From the IMG/VR virus record IMGVR_UViG_3300028573_000011, positions 31,442-95,441 of that record: a DNA stretch of 64,000 bases; one strand, 5' to 3'. Made by a program: the position numbers and the translations under genes. The notes beneath the pieces are model-generated. The model was not told the origin of the DNA and searched no databases. It was given only the letters and a program-made list of their open reading frames with translations. The DNA comes from a virus. This document shows, piece after piece, positions 1 through 9,859 of the stretch. Position 1 is the first letter of the stretch. Each line of letters begins with the position of its first letter.

Positions 1-101
1 CGCGGCCGAGGCCCTCTCGATCTCCCGGACCCGGGCCCGGAGCCACGCCAGGGCCGTATCGGCGAGCGCTTGGCGTGTACTGACCGCCGGCCCGGCTGCG
101 T

Positions 102-383
102 TCACAGGGTCACCGCCGGGTCGAGATTCATGCAGGCGTTGTCCGGCAGCTCGGCGCCGTCCTCGTGCGGGATCGTCCAGGCGCCGACGCCGTCGAGCAC
201 AACAAGCGCGCCGACAGTCCAGGTTGGCGGCCGCGGGTTGGTACCTTCGAGGCCCTGGACGTTGCGAAGGTCGTGATCTTCGATGACGGCGCCGCACCAG
301 CCACAACGCTGGCGCAGGTGCGGGCCGATCTGGATGTCAGTGCCTGCGATGTGAGTGATCTGGCCCCTGGGCTCCTGCATCAT
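102..383 (-). CDS. hypothetical phage protein (CxxC motif)
   Basis: ORF in tightly packed minus-strand early operon; RCGWCG. Confidence 0.6.
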   Translation of the reverse strand: MMQEPRGQITHIAGTDIQIGPHLRQRCGWCGAVIEDHDLRNVQGLEGTNPRPPTWTVGALVVLDGVGAWTIPHEDGAELPDNACMNLDPAVTL

Positions 384-389
384 CGGGCC

Positions 390-734
390 TCAGCTGAACT
401 TGGAGGTCAGTCGCCACAGGGGCGTCTGGTCAGTCAGGTTGTAGTCGAGCACGGCCGCGGCGGCGGCCAGCTGCTCGGCGGCGTCCGGCGGCAGTTCCAG
501 GGACTCGATCTCTGTGGCTGCGCCGGCCGTGTTGTGGTGCGATGCAACAGCGAGGATCGTGGCGCCCGTGTGGTCGTCGTAGACGAGGGTGACGGGGTTC
601 TCGATTCCGGCCGCGCGGAGTGACCGGGTGCCGTATTCGCCGATGTCGTCCAGGTCGTCGTTGTCGTGCCAGTGCGGGGACTGGTTGGTGACGTCGTGGC
701 CGTACGTGAGTGCGGCTCTGGCGCTGTAGCCCAT
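390..734 (-). CDS. hypothetical phage protein
   Basis: ATG at 734 overlaps the stop of the upstream gene (TGATG coupling). Confidence 0.65.
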   Translation of the reverse strand: MGYSARAALTYGHDVTNQSPHWHDNDDLDDIGEYGTRSLRAAGIENPVTLVYDDHTGATILAVASHHNTAGAATEIESLELPPDAAEQLAAAAAVLDYNLTDQTPLWRLTSKFS

Positions 735-1264
735 CAGGTCTGTCCTCCGTGTTGGTTGTCGGCGCGGTTCTCGGCGTTGTCGGAGCCGTGTGCCCACAGC
801 GCGCGCCCGGTGCCGTCGCCGGTGAGCCAGTCGGGCAGGACGTCCCAGGACAGTCCGTCGCCGAAGACGTCGTCGTCGCCGATGAAGTCGCGCAGCCGGT
901 TGAAGATGACCTTGGTGAGGTCGCGTGCGTCGTCGATCAGCGTGTCGGGCGCGATGTCGCGCCAGCGGTGGCCGTTGCCGTCGTCGTGGTCGCCGTCGTG
1001 GCCGTCGTTGAGGGTGCAGACATGATCGCCTTCCCAGTCTTCCGTTTCGCAGGGAAGGTGGATGTCGTGCTGGCGGAAGGCTGCGATGATCGCGGGCTCA
1101 GTGGAGTACTGAGCGAGGCTGTCGTGGTGGGTGTCCCAGTCCTCGCTGCGTAGCAGGCTGATGAGGTCCGAGCACACCTCGGTGACGACGTCGTCCGGGG
1201 CGCCGCTCTCCAGGAGAGAGTCGGCCACCCGCTCGAAGATGGTCCCTGCTGTTCCCCAGCCCAT
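734..1264 (-). CDS. hypothetical phage protein
   Basis: Translationally coupled, acidic ORF. Confidence 0.7.
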   Translation of the reverse strand: MGWGTAGTIFERVADSLLESGAPDDVVTEVCSDLISLLRSEDWDTHHDSLAQYSTEPAIIAAFRQHDIHLPCETEDWEGDHVCTLNDGHDGDHDDGNGHRWRDIAPDTLIDDARDLTKVIFNRLRDFIGDDDVFGDGLSWDVLPDWLTGDGTGRALWAHGSDNAENRADNQHGGQT

Positions 1265-1665
1265 CAGGCACCGCCGCCGGTCGGGATGACGACGATCAGC
1301 GCGGCTCCGTGAACGACGTGGCCGGCACGGATGACGGTGAGGGTGCCTGGCTGTGCGTCGAACCAGAGGTCGGTGAACGGGAAGTGCTCGTCCTCGTCGG
1401 CGATATCGGACGCGTCGGCGCCGGTGACGGAGACCAGACGAAGGCTGACGCCGCTCGCGCTGCGCTCGTCCGCCTCGGCGAGGTAGGTCAGGCCGATGCC
1501 GACGTCCTCGGCTGAAGCGCTGAGAACGACGTCGCCGGCCTGGAGCGGATACCAGGGCTGCGCCTCAAGGTTGTCCTCGGCGGCCTGCAGAACCGTCATA
1601 GCAGTGCCGAGGTGGCTATGGTGCATCGCTTTGATGGCAGTCTCGTTTGGGGACTGGTCGGTCAT
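1264..1665 (-). CDS. hypothetical phage protein
   Basis: Coupled ORF, normal composition. Confidence 0.65.
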   Translation of the reverse strand: MTDQSPNETAIKAMHHSHLGTAMTVLQAAEDNLEAQPWYPLQAGDVVLSASAEDVGIGLTYLAEADERSASGVSLRLVSVTGADASDIADEDEHFPFTDLWFDAQPGTLTVIRAGHVVHGAALIVVIPTGGGA

Positions 1666-1708
1666 GAGGGTCTCGATCCTGATCGTGAGTCAGCGCGCAC
1701 TGTGCTGC

Positions 1709-2347
1709 TCATGAGCGGCCCCCCAGCGCGAACTCGGTCTTGTCCTGGGTGGGCTGCTGCTGCTCTGCCTCGGTGAGGTCGTCAACGTTCACGGCGCCGC
1801 GGATACGTTCCAGGAGCTCGCGGCCCTCCTTGACGGCGCATGGCCGGGATGACAGGTGCGTCTCGCAGTCGCCGTGGTGGTTGGGGACGCAGGGGTCGTC
1901 CTGGTGGTCGACGAGGCGGCCGAGGACGTTCAGCATGGCGGACTGGTCGGCGGCGGCAATCGGGGTGGTGCGCGCGCCCAGCTGGTCAACGAGGGTGAGG
2001 ACAACGTCGAGATCGTCGTCAGCGCTCGGGACCACGGGTCGGGGTACGAGTCCCGCGTCGTATTTGATGGCGTTGCGCAGCTGGCGGTCCTCGGCGCGCG
2101 CCCGGATCCGGTTCAGCACCGTGATGTCTGGGATGGGCTGGCCGAGGCGCTCGATGCGCTGGATGGCGTCGCGGATGTCGCCGGCGTGCAGCGGGACGTA
2201 TTCGCCGATCTCTCCGGCCCACTGGGCTTCGTGGCCGTGCTGGCAGGCCACGACGGCGGTTCCGTGGCCAGCCCGTGCGTAGGCGCCGTACCAGGCGCGC
2301 AGCCGGTCCAAGACCGTGCCGGTTGCGGGGCGTGGGCGGTCAGTCAT
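1709..2347 (-). CDS. hypothetical phage protein
   Basis: Likely start MTDRPRP at 2347; Cys/His cluster near the C-terminus. Confidence 0.6.
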   Translation of the reverse strand: MTDRPRPATGTVLDRLRAWYGAYARAGHGTAVVACQHGHEAQWAGEIGEYVPLHAGDIRDAIQRIERLGQPIPDITVLNRIRARAEDRQLRNAIKYDAGLVPRPVVPSADDDLDVVLTLVDQLGARTTPIAAADQSAMLNVLGRLVDHQDDPCVPNHHGDCETHLSSRPCAVKEGRELLERIRGAVNVDDLTEAEQQQPTQDKTEFALGGRS

Positions 2348-2873
2348 CGGTGTCCTCGGGGGTGCGGGGTGCGGGGTTGGTGACGGCGTCGCCGGTGATG
2401 CGGGCGCGTTCCTTGGCTGCTTCGAGCTCGGCCATGCGGATCTCGAGTTCGATGGCTGCGGCGCGTGCTTCGGCTTCGGCACCTCGGCGCCGGCGCAGCT
2501 CGGCCAGGTCGTCACGGATACGGCGGGCAGCGGCCCGGACGCGGAGGTTGTCGTGGCGGCTGCCCCAGTCGAGCAGGTCGCCGACGGTATCCGTGATCGG
2601 CTCGGTTGTCGCGCCGGTAGCCGCGGTTGTTGCCGTCCGGGTTGTCGTTTTGGTTGTCGTTCCGGTTGTCCGTGGCGTGCGGGGGCGCGACCGTGAAGCG
2701 GAGGTGCCGGCGCGCGCCGTGAGCGGTCCGTGGGTGGCGTTGTCGAGGGCGTCTTGGACGTCGCGCTCGTTCAGGCCGGTCTGCTTGGCGATCTCCGCGA
2801 CGGTCTTTCCGGCGGCTCGGAGGCCGACGACGTGGGTGTGCGGGAGTTCGGGTAGGACGGCGGGCGCTGTCAT
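2340..2873 (-). CDS. HTH-containing protein
   Basis: LRAAGKTVAEIAKQTGLNERDV is HTH-like; coiled-coil C-terminus. Confidence 0.55.
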   Translation of the reverse strand: MTAPAVLPELPHTHVVGLRAAGKTVAEIAKQTGLNERDVQDALDNATHGPLTARAGTSASRSRPRTPRTTGTTTKTTTRTATTAATGATTEPITDTVGDLLDWGSRHDNLRVRAAARRIRDDLAELRRRRGAEAEARAAAIELEIRMAELEAAKERARITGDAVTNPAPRTPEDTDD

Positions 2874-3036
2874 TCGGCGTCCGGTGCGGCGGTCAGGGCG
2901 GTGTGCTGGGCGTCGGCGGCGCGGAGGCGCTCGTAGGCGTTGGGAACCGCCGCCAGGAGCTCGGTCAGGTCGGCGGGTGTCCGGGGCTGCCACTCGACCA
3001 GCAGGCCGTCAGGGGCGCGGTGTCGTGCGCGACCGG

Positions 3037-3330
3037 TCATGATCGTCGGGTCCTGTCGTCGTCGGGGGCCGGCCAGTGGCGGCCGATGACGCGGTCGACG
3101 CGCTGGTCGGGCCGGTGGGCATGGCGGAGTGCTTCGGCTTGGAGGCGGCGGGCGCGGACGTCCCGCAGGTTCGGGATGGGCAGCGCGACCGCCGCGGCGT
3201 AGAGCGCGCCGGCGAGAAGCCCGAGGAGAACGCTGCCTGTGAGCAGTGCTGCCAGCGCGAAGGCGGTGGCGAACACGGCGACGTCCCGGGCGCGCGCGCC
3301 GAAGCCGGGCCAGGAGCGGCGGGGCGTCAC
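3037..3330 (-). CDS. small membrane protein
   Basis: Hydrophobic stretch VAVFATAFALAALLTGSVLLGLLAGALYAAAVAL; GTG overlaps upstream stop. Confidence 0.55.
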   Translation of the reverse strand: MTPRRSWPGFGARARDVAVFATAFALAALLTGSVLLGLLAGALYAAAVALPIPNLRDVRARRLQAEALRHAHRPDQRVDRVIGRHWPAPDDDRTRRS

Positions 3331-3812
3331 GGCTGGTTCCTCCGCGCAGCGGTCCTGGCCGCCGTTTCGGGCTCGGGTTGGGTTTCCCACTGGGCCATCA
3401 GCAGGTTTCGGGCTCTGCTCGCCGTGGCGGCGTTCGCCACGATGGTGACCCAGCCGATCACGAGGTAGACGATCGATGTCTTGGCGTGGCCGGTCAGTGC
3501 CTTGTACATCGCCCAGGCCCACAGGAGGCTGGTGGCCGTTCCCGCGGCGTAGGAGAGGCGCTGCCAGACGCGAGGGCTCCGGCGGAGTCGTTGCACGCGC
3601 ATCTGGGTGTGGTCTGAGAGGACGTCGGCGTTCCACAGGGCCACGGCCCAGAGCACGAAAGCGCTCGCCGCAGTGCCCAGCAGGATGGACGACGCCAGGG
3701 GGTGGGATGTCAGCAGGGCTACGAGTGACGCGATGGCGGTCAGGACGGACGTGAGTGCGGCGATGCACATCACGACGCGCCAGACGAGGGCGCGGGTCGA
3801 GCACGAGTCCAT
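3327..3812 (-). CDS. multi-pass membrane protein
   Basis: About four hydrophobic segments. Confidence 0.6.
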   Translation of the reverse strand: MDSCSTRALVWRVVMCIAALTSVLTAIASLVALLTSHPLASSILLGTAASAFVLWAVALWNADVLSDHTQMRVQRLRRSPRVWQRLSYAAGTATSLLWAWAMYKALTGHAKTSIVYLVIGWVTIVANAATASRARNLLMAQWETQPEPETAARTAARRNQP

Positions 3813-3886
3813 GGGGATGCTCCGGGGTTCCGGCGGGGAGAGCGCCGGGGCGGCATGTGCCGCCCCGGCGCCGGTGGCGGGGTGGA

Positions 3887-4306
3887 TCAGTCGGCGACGG
3901 TGCGGACCTCGTCGGCCATCTCGCGCTGGCGGCCGCACTGGTAGGTGCCGGGGACGAACTGGAAGGCGCCGTGCTCCGGGTGGAGCATGAACGCCTCGGA
4001 GCCCTCGGGGACGCGCAGGGTGCCGAGCGCCAGGCCGCCGTTGTTCGGGGCGGGCTCGTAGTAGATCGGTCCGTTGCCGTGCAGGCTGTGGGTGTTGCCG
4101 CCGTTCTCGCCGGCGACGACGGCGACGCCGTCGGCCGGGACGGGCTCGGTGCCCTCGGCGATCACGGGCAGGTCGGTGCCGATGCGCAGGATGCTGACGT
4201 CGCCCTGGCAGGCCGCCGTGGTCACGACGGGGATGGCGGCCTCGAGGTCGAGGTGCTCCAGGACGTCGACGCCGGTGGCGTCGGTCAGCTCGGCGAGTGT
4301 GGTCAT
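3887..4306 (-). CDS. small His-motif protein, partner of DUF6745-like proteins
   Basis: QGDV...GENGGNTHSLHG...HPEH...PGTY..RQRE motif set, directly downstream of the DUF6745-like array. Confidence 0.7.
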   Translation of the reverse strand: MTTLAELTDATGVDVLEHLDLEAAIPVVTTAACQGDVSILRIGTDLPVIAEGTEPVPADGVAVVAGENGGNTHSLHGNGPIYYEPAPNNGGLALGTLRVPEGSEAFMLHPEHGAFQFVPGTYQCGRQREMADEVRTVAD

Positions 4307-4370
4307 CAGTGTCTGCCTCTCGTGATGAGGGGTGACCGGGATCCGCGGGTGCGGTCCCGGGGTCTGTGGG

Positions 4371-5657
4371 TCAGCGCCGGTGCTCCAGCGCTGCGTACTG
4401 TTCGCGGGTCCAGCCGAAGGACCAGGCCGCGGCCGCGACTGGGTCGGCGAAGTGGCCGGGGACGGTCAGGCCGAAGCGGCGGCGGGTACCGTCGCGCTCG
4501 GTGGAACCGTTGGTACACAGAAGAACGCGCACGTGGGCCCGGTAGACACGGCTGGGTACGTCGTACAGCGCGAGTTCCTGGCCCGGGTTGCCGGGGTCCG
4601 GGACGGGCAGGCCGACGGGCACCATGGCAGCCTGGTCGATGAACCGGTCCCAGCCGAGGCGTTCGATGGCAACGCGTCGGATCTCGGTGTTGCGCTCGGC
4701 CAGGATCTTGTCGCTGGGCCACTCGGGGCCTTCGATGAGGTCGGCTGGGACTTGGGTGCCGTGCCAGGCGTGGATGCCCCATCCGTCGCGGTAGGCCACG
4801 GCTGGGCCCTTGTCGGCGTGAAGCTGTTGCTGATCGTCCAAATGGATGGACTCGGGTCGGTCGCAGATCACGACGGTGTCCTGGAAGGGCCACCAGGGGC
4901 CGGCGTTGCTGGCGATCAGCATCTCCGCGTGGAGCGCCGGCTTGTTGGGCTCGAACTTCGCCGGCGGAACCCCGTCGATCAGGGGCCCGCTGAGACGCGA
5001 CCGGTTCCACGGCATGGGCAGGTACTCGGACATCTCCCTGGCTCGCCGCCGGTCCTCGGCTCCCATTCGCGCGATGAGCTCGCAGCGGGTCAGCCTTTCG
5101 GCATCGAACTGCCCCGGGTGCACGCGGAGTCTGCGGAGTGCGTAGTAGAGATCAGCGTCTCTGGCTGATCGAAGGTCGAAGCCCACCTGAAGAGTAGTCT
5201 CGCGATTCGGAATGACCGCGTTTGTGAGCTGGGCTCCGATGGGCCGGATGAAGTCGGCCGCGAGCATGCCTGAGACCCTGCTGGCCCACCAGACATTTTC
5301 GGTGTTGTAAAAGCCCTGTCGTTCGTGTGGTGGCAGGAGTACGTCCCAGGGCAGCGGCTGGTCGTGCGCGAGGAGGCATTTTTTGACGAGGCGGACGGCG
5401 TCGGCGGGCGAGGTGGCCCATTCGATCCAGGGCTGTCGCTGCTCGCGGGCCCGGTAGAAGTCGCTGATCCCGATCTCGGCCAGCTGCCGGTTGGCGGGCT
5501 CGGTGGACAGACCCCAGGTCCGCCACGTCCGGCTGAGTTCCTGGGCCCGGGTCGCCGGATCCAGGTAGCGGTGAAGAGGCACCCACGCCTCGCGGGCCGA
5601 CCAGTACGGCGAGAGGGGCGGCCGGGTCGAACTGTTGGGGATCGGTTCCGACGTCAT
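4371..5657 (-). CDS. DUF6745-like protein, paralog 3
   Basis: GLSTEPANR...SP; AGPWWPF; LHADKGPAVAYRDGWGIHAWHG; C-terminal CTNGSTERDGTRRRFGLTVP...YAALEHRR. Confidence 0.8.
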   Translation of the reverse strand: MTSEPIPNSSTRPPLSPYWSAREAWVPLHRYLDPATRAQELSRTWRTWGLSTEPANRQLAEIGISDFYRAREQRQPWIEWATSPADAVRLVKKCLLAHDQPLPWDVLLPPHERQGFYNTENVWWASRVSGMLAADFIRPIGAQLTNAVIPNRETTLQVGFDLRSARDADLYYALRRLRVHPGQFDAERLTRCELIARMGAEDRRRAREMSEYLPMPWNRSRLSGPLIDGVPPAKFEPNKPALHAEMLIASNAGPWWPFQDTVVICDRPESIHLDDQQQLHADKGPAVAYRDGWGIHAWHGTQVPADLIEGPEWPSDKILAERNTEIRRVAIERLGWDRFIDQAAMVPVGLPVPDPGNPGQELALYDVPSRVYRAHVRVLLCTNGSTERDGTRRRFGLTVPGHFADPVAAAAWSFGWTREQYAALEHRR

Positions 5658-5696
5658 CAGGAGCCTCGATTCGGGTGGCGGGGGTGGCCGGCGGGT

Positions 5697-6866
5697 TCAG
5701 CGGCGATGTTCCAGGGCTGCGTACTGCTCGCGGGTCCAGCCGAACGTCCAGGCGGCGGCTTCGACCGGGTCCGTGAAGCCTGCGGGGACGGTGAGACCGA
5801 ACCGCCGGCGCGTGCCGTCGCGCTCGAGAGAGCCGTTCGTACAGACCAGAACGAGAACCGGCCTGTCGTAGATGCGGACGGCGGGGACGTAGAGGCGTAG
5901 TTCCTGGCCTGGGTTGCCGGGGTCCGGGACTGCCGGCCCGAGGGGCTGCAGGATGTCGGACTCGACGAAGCGGTCCCAGCCGATGCGTTCGATCGCAGCT
6001 CGGCGCACCTCAACGTTCCGCTGGGTGAGAACCTGCTCGGGGGTCCAAGGCGGCCCTTCAATGAGGCTGGCCGGGACGACGGTGCCGTGCCAGGCGTGGA
6101 CGCCCCAGCCGTCGGGGTAGCGCACGGCCGGACCGTTGTCGGCGTGGAGGCGCAGCTCAGGGTCGAAATGGATGGCTGTGGGGCGTTCGCTGATGATGAC
6201 GATGCTTTCGAAAGGCCACCAGGGGCCGGCGCTTCGAGCGATCTGCAGCAGCGCGTGCCAAGCGCCGTAGTGCACCGCTGAGATGGATGCCTCTTCCTTC
6301 ACCAGCTCCAGTTCGTAGCGGGCGAGAGCCTCGGCATCGAACTGGCCCGGCACGACGGCATGGCCCTTCATCCGCAGAGTGTGGAACGGGCCTAACGTCA
6401 TGTTGGCGGTCAGGTCGGTCGCGGCCAGGACCTGTTCGCCGACCTGGCGGGCGGCTCGGAGCGGACGGAGCTGCTGTTGCACCAGTCCCCAGTTGATCCG
6501 GTGGTTCCGGCCAAGGACGTACAGCTCTGATTCGGGCGTGAGATCTTCGCGGGCGCACGGCCACGCTGTGCCCTGCGCCACGGCGTAGTCCGCTGCTCTG
6601 TGCGCCGCGTGGGGCGAGTCGGCCCAGATGATGCGCGGTTTCTGTCTGCCGCCCAGCTGCCTGAAGGCATAGAGGTCGATGATCGCCCGTTCGGCCGCGT
6701 CCCGGTCGGCGGGGTCCGTGGACAATCCTCGCTTGGCCCACCACGCGGCACTGTCGAGGTACCTGAGCGTGTCGTCGGAGTACTCGCGGAGGTACTTGGC
6801 GAAGTACTGCTCGACCAGCGGCGGGACCAGCTGGTCGGGTTGCGTCTCGGGCTGTGGGTCTGTCAT
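5697..6866 (-). CDS. DUF6745-like protein, paralog 2
   Basis: Same conserved blocks as its neighbours; ends YAALEHRR. Confidence 0.8.
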   Translation of the reverse strand: MTDPQPETQPDQLVPPLVEQYFAKYLREYSDDTLRYLDSAAWWAKRGLSTDPADRDAAERAIIDLYAFRQLGGRQKPRIIWADSPHAAHRAADYAVAQGTAWPCAREDLTPESELYVLGRNHRINWGLVQQQLRPLRAARQVGEQVLAATDLTANMTLGPFHTLRMKGHAVVPGQFDAEALARYELELVKEEASISAVHYGAWHALLQIARSAGPWWPFESIVIISERPTAIHFDPELRLHADNGPAVRYPDGWGVHAWHGTVVPASLIEGPPWTPEQVLTQRNVEVRRAAIERIGWDRFVESDILQPLGPAVPDPGNPGQELRLYVPAVRIYDRPVLVLVCTNGSLERDGTRRRFGLTVPAGFTDPVEAAAWTFGWTREQYAALEHRR

Positions 6867-6931
6867 GGGTCCTCGCTTCGGATGGTGGAGGCTTCACGGT
6901 CAGCGCGCGCCGTGACTGGCGCCGCGGTGGA

Positions 6932-8254
6932 TCAGCGGCGGTGCTCCAGGGCGGCGTAGTCGTCGCGATCCCAGCCGAAGGTCCAGGCCGCGGCTTCGAC
7001 CGGGTCGGTGAAGCGGGCCGGGACGGTCAGACCAAAGCGCCGACGCGTGCCATCGCGCTCCTCGGAGCCGTTCGTGCACAGCAGGACACGTACGGGGTTG
7101 CGGTAGATCCGGCCGGGCACGTCGTACAGCGCGAGCTCCTGGCCGGGGTTCCCCGGGTCCGGGACAGGGGCACCCACGGGCGCCAGCTTCGCGTCTGCGA
7201 TGAACCGGTCCCAGCCGATGCGCTCGACGGCCGCGCGGCGGACCTCGGTGTTGGGGTGGGTCAGGATCTGCTTTGCGGTCCAGCCGGGCCCGTCGATCAG
7301 GTCGGCGGGGACAGGCGTGCCGTGCCAGAAGTAGACGCCCCAGCCGTCCGGGTAGACCACGGCGGGGCCGTCCTCGGCGTGAGGACGCTCCTGCTGGTCC
7401 ATCAGGATGCCGCTGGGGCGCTCGCAGGCGATGACCAGCTTGTCAAAGGGCCACCAAGGTCCGGCGCTGCGCGCGATTTTTGCCAGGGCGTCCAGGGCAG
7501 CGCTGCGGGGTCGGTTCGGGCGGGCCCGCTTGCCGACCTCGTGCAGAGCGAAGCTCTCGGCGTCGAACTGCCCGGGGATCAGCGGAGGGCCGTCCTTGCT
7601 GGCAAAGCGGACGAGCGTTCCTGCGGGCGACGTTGCCAGTGCTGCGCGGAAGACCTCGCGGCCGATCTGACCCACCAGCTGCAGGTTGGCCGTAGTCCCG
7701 AGCATGAACCTCCAGAGAACGTCGGTTCCCCCGACCAGCGCCTTGTATTCGTTGTCAGGCATGAGCTCGTCGCGTGACAGGCTTCTGGCATCAGCAGCGG
7801 CGATCACGGCCTTGTAGATTCCGACTGCGGCACGGGGTGACTGCGCCCAGATGATCTGGGACGGCTGTGGCAGCCCGCGCGCCTGGTACACCTTGCGGAT
7901 ACCGGCCTCGGCCGTGGCACGATCGGCGGGCTCGGTCGACAGCCCGGCTTTCGCCCACCGCGCGGTGGTGCTCGTTGAGATGCTCACGTCTCCGAAAGCC
8001 TCCACAGTGCTGAAGAACACGGGCAGGTCGAATTCCACGGAGAAATCCATCGTCGAGGGCAGCAGCGCACCTCTGTGATCGACGTTCCATGACACCGGCG
8101 TGTTGACGCCCGGGATCAGAACGGGTGGTGACGGGCTCACCGCGCCCGCGTGCTTCCGGGAGCGACGCCGGTGGCGGTGCAGGCCGACGGCCCCGGCGGC
8201 GGCACCGGCCGCTGCTGTGACGAAGGGCGCGACAGTGAGGATGGCGGTGATCAT
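6932..8254 (-). CDS. DUF6745-like protein, paralog 1, with N-terminal TM anchor
   Basis: Start MITAILTVAPFV (coupled to upstream stop), hydrophobic helix then basic patch; same conserved blocks. Confidence 0.8.
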   Translation of the reverse strand: MITAILTVAPFVTAAAGAAAGAVGLHRHRRRSRKHAGAVSPSPPVLIPGVNTPVSWNVDHRGALLPSTMDFSVEFDLPVFFSTVEAFGDVSISTSTTARWAKAGLSTEPADRATAEAGIRKVYQARGLPQPSQIIWAQSPRAAVGIYKAVIAAADARSLSRDELMPDNEYKALVGGTDVLWRFMLGTTANLQLVGQIGREVFRAALATSPAGTLVRFASKDGPPLIPGQFDAESFALHEVGKRARPNRPRSAALDALAKIARSAGPWWPFDKLVIACERPSGILMDQQERPHAEDGPAVVYPDGWGVYFWHGTPVPADLIDGPGWTAKQILTHPNTEVRRAAVERIGWDRFIADAKLAPVGAPVPDPGNPGQELALYDVPGRIYRNPVRVLLCTNGSEERDGTRRRFGLTVPARFTDPVEAAAWTFGWDRDDYAALEHRR

Positions 8255-8384
8255 CAGGGTCCGATCAGCTGGTCGACGCAGCAGGCGAGAGCAACGCCGC
8301 CGAGGGCTGCGATGAGGACGATCAGGGCAAGCAGCCCGGCTGCGGCTGCCAGGCGTCCGGCGGCCCACGCGGCCCGGCGCGCGG

Positions 8385-8855
8385 TCACGGCGTCCTGCCG
8401 GGGCGGCTCGCGGTCGCGCGGCGGTGAAACTCGACGCGGCGCATGACGGCGCGGGCGTGCTCGCGCACGGGCGTGGGTGTCGGCGAGTTGGCGACGGCAC
8501 CGACGACGCCGAGCAGCCCGTCGACGAGCCGGGCCGGCAGCAGGACGGCATTCCCGCCAGTTGGCGGCCGCGGCACCGGGACGGGGATGGGAACGGGAGC
8601 GGGCGTCTCGGGCTGCTGGGCTGGCCCCGGGGGTGCCGGGATGGTGCCGAGGCCGATGGCGATCGCAGCGGCCTCGGTGCGGCTGGCGGCGCCGAGCTTG
8701 AGGCAGATGCGGCTGAGGTGCGACTTGACGGTGAAGAACGCGATGCCGAGCTCGGCGCCGATCCGGGCGTTGGAGTGGCCGGCGGCCACCAGCACGAGGA
8801 CGTCGATCTCGCGGGTGGACAGCGGGGAGCCTAGGCGGGGCGTGCGGCGCTTCAT
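8385..8855 (-). CDS. LuxR-family HTH regulator without receiver domain (WhiI/BldM-like DBD)
   Basis: LSTREIDVLVLVAAGHSNARIGAELGIAFFTVKSHLSRICLKLGAASR is a LuxR/NarL HTH. Confidence 0.85.
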   Translation of the reverse strand: MKRRTPRLGSPLSTREIDVLVLVAAGHSNARIGAELGIAFFTVKSHLSRICLKLGAASRTEAAAIAIGLGTIPAPPGPAQQPETPAPVPIPVPVPRPPTGGNAVLLPARLVDGLLGVVGAVANSPTPTPVREHARAVMRRVEFHRRATASRPGRTP

Positions 8856-9012
8856 CGCGGAAGGTCCCTTCGCGCGCCCTGGACGGTCGTGTCACGGGCG
8901 GATGGGTTTGGGCCGGTACGCCTGGGCCGGACCGGTGTCGGCGCGCCTTCTGCGTGGCTTGTGGGCGTTTGGCCGTAGGCGGAGCCATTCGTCAGTTCGT
9001 TTGATGACGTGA

Positions 9013-9465
9013 TCATGCTGCTGCGCCTGTGGGGTATCCGGGCCCGGAGAGGCTGGAGGCGTCGTCGGGGACGGTCATGTCGGGGGTGGCGAGCAGCCGG
9101 ACGTGTACGGCGAAGGGGAGGAGTTCTTCGTCGCCGGTGGTGGTGTTGCGGAGGTGGACGTCGACGATCTGGGGGGCGTTCTCCCAGTTGGTGTCAGGGT
9201 TGTCGCGGGTGCTGGGTGTGCCGATGACCTGGCATTCTTCGCCGTTGATGCGGACGAGGTACTTGTCCCGGATGTCGGTGATGCCCATCGGTACCCAGGG
9301 GCGGCGTTCGGGTTCGGGTTCGTCGTCTGGGGTGAGGGTGTTGCGGAGGACGGCGAGGGTGCGGCGGATGGCGTCGGCGAGGCCTTCGGTGAGTTCGAGG
9401 GCGGCGTCGAGGATGGTGGTGGCGATGCCGGGGACTGCGCGGGTGGTGGCTTGCAGCAGGTTCAT
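9013..9465 (-). CDS. hypothetical phage protein
   Basis: Coupled ORF. Confidence 0.6.
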   Translation of the reverse strand: MNLLQATTRAVPGIATTILDAALELTEGLADAIRRTLAVLRNTLTPDDEPEPERRPWVPMGITDIRDKYLVRINGEECQVIGTPSTRDNPDTNWENAPQIVDVHLRNTTTGDEELLPFAVHVRLLATPDMTVPDDASSLSGPGYPTGAAA

Positions 9466-9782
9466 GGTCGGTCCGGGGGGTCGGGGGTTGGTCTGGCGGC
9501 GTCGAGTCGGGAGGGGTGGAGCGCGGTCATGGGGCGGCCGGTGACGGTTTGGCAGCCGAGTCCGGGGGCGGCTTTGCAGAAGGGGCAGCGGACGGCTCGG
9601 GCGCCGCCCTGTCGTGTAGGGATGGCCGGGGTGCCGTCGGGGGCTGGTATGGGGTTGGCAAGGGGCGGTCTGTGAGGCTTAACGACGTTGGTGCGCGCAA
9701 GGGCGCGGATGCCGTCTGACATGCGGCGGGCGTCTTCCATGGCGCGGCGTTCGGCGTCGGGCTCAGTGTCGGTGTTGGTCAC
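9462..9782 (-). CDS. zinc-finger protein
   Basis: VRCPFCKAAPGLGC...LHPSR motif. Confidence 0.65.
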   Translation of the reverse strand: MTNTDTEPDAERRAMEDARRMSDGIRALARTNVVKPHRPPLANPIPAPDGTPAIPTRQGGARAVRCPFCKAAPGLGCQTVTGRPMTALHPSRLDAARPTPDPPDRP

Positions 9783-9859
9783 GGGTGCTCCTCGGTGCGG
9801 CTGTCGTCGGGGCCCGGTGGGGTCGGGCCGGCCGGGGCTGGCGGTTGACGGGACGGTGG

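Noticed and set aside
4371-8254. Diversity-generating retroelement or shufflon behind the repeated DUF6745 3' ends
   Set aside because: No reverse transcriptase or invertase in the window; copies differ at many positions without adenine-specific bias, and each is a full gene.
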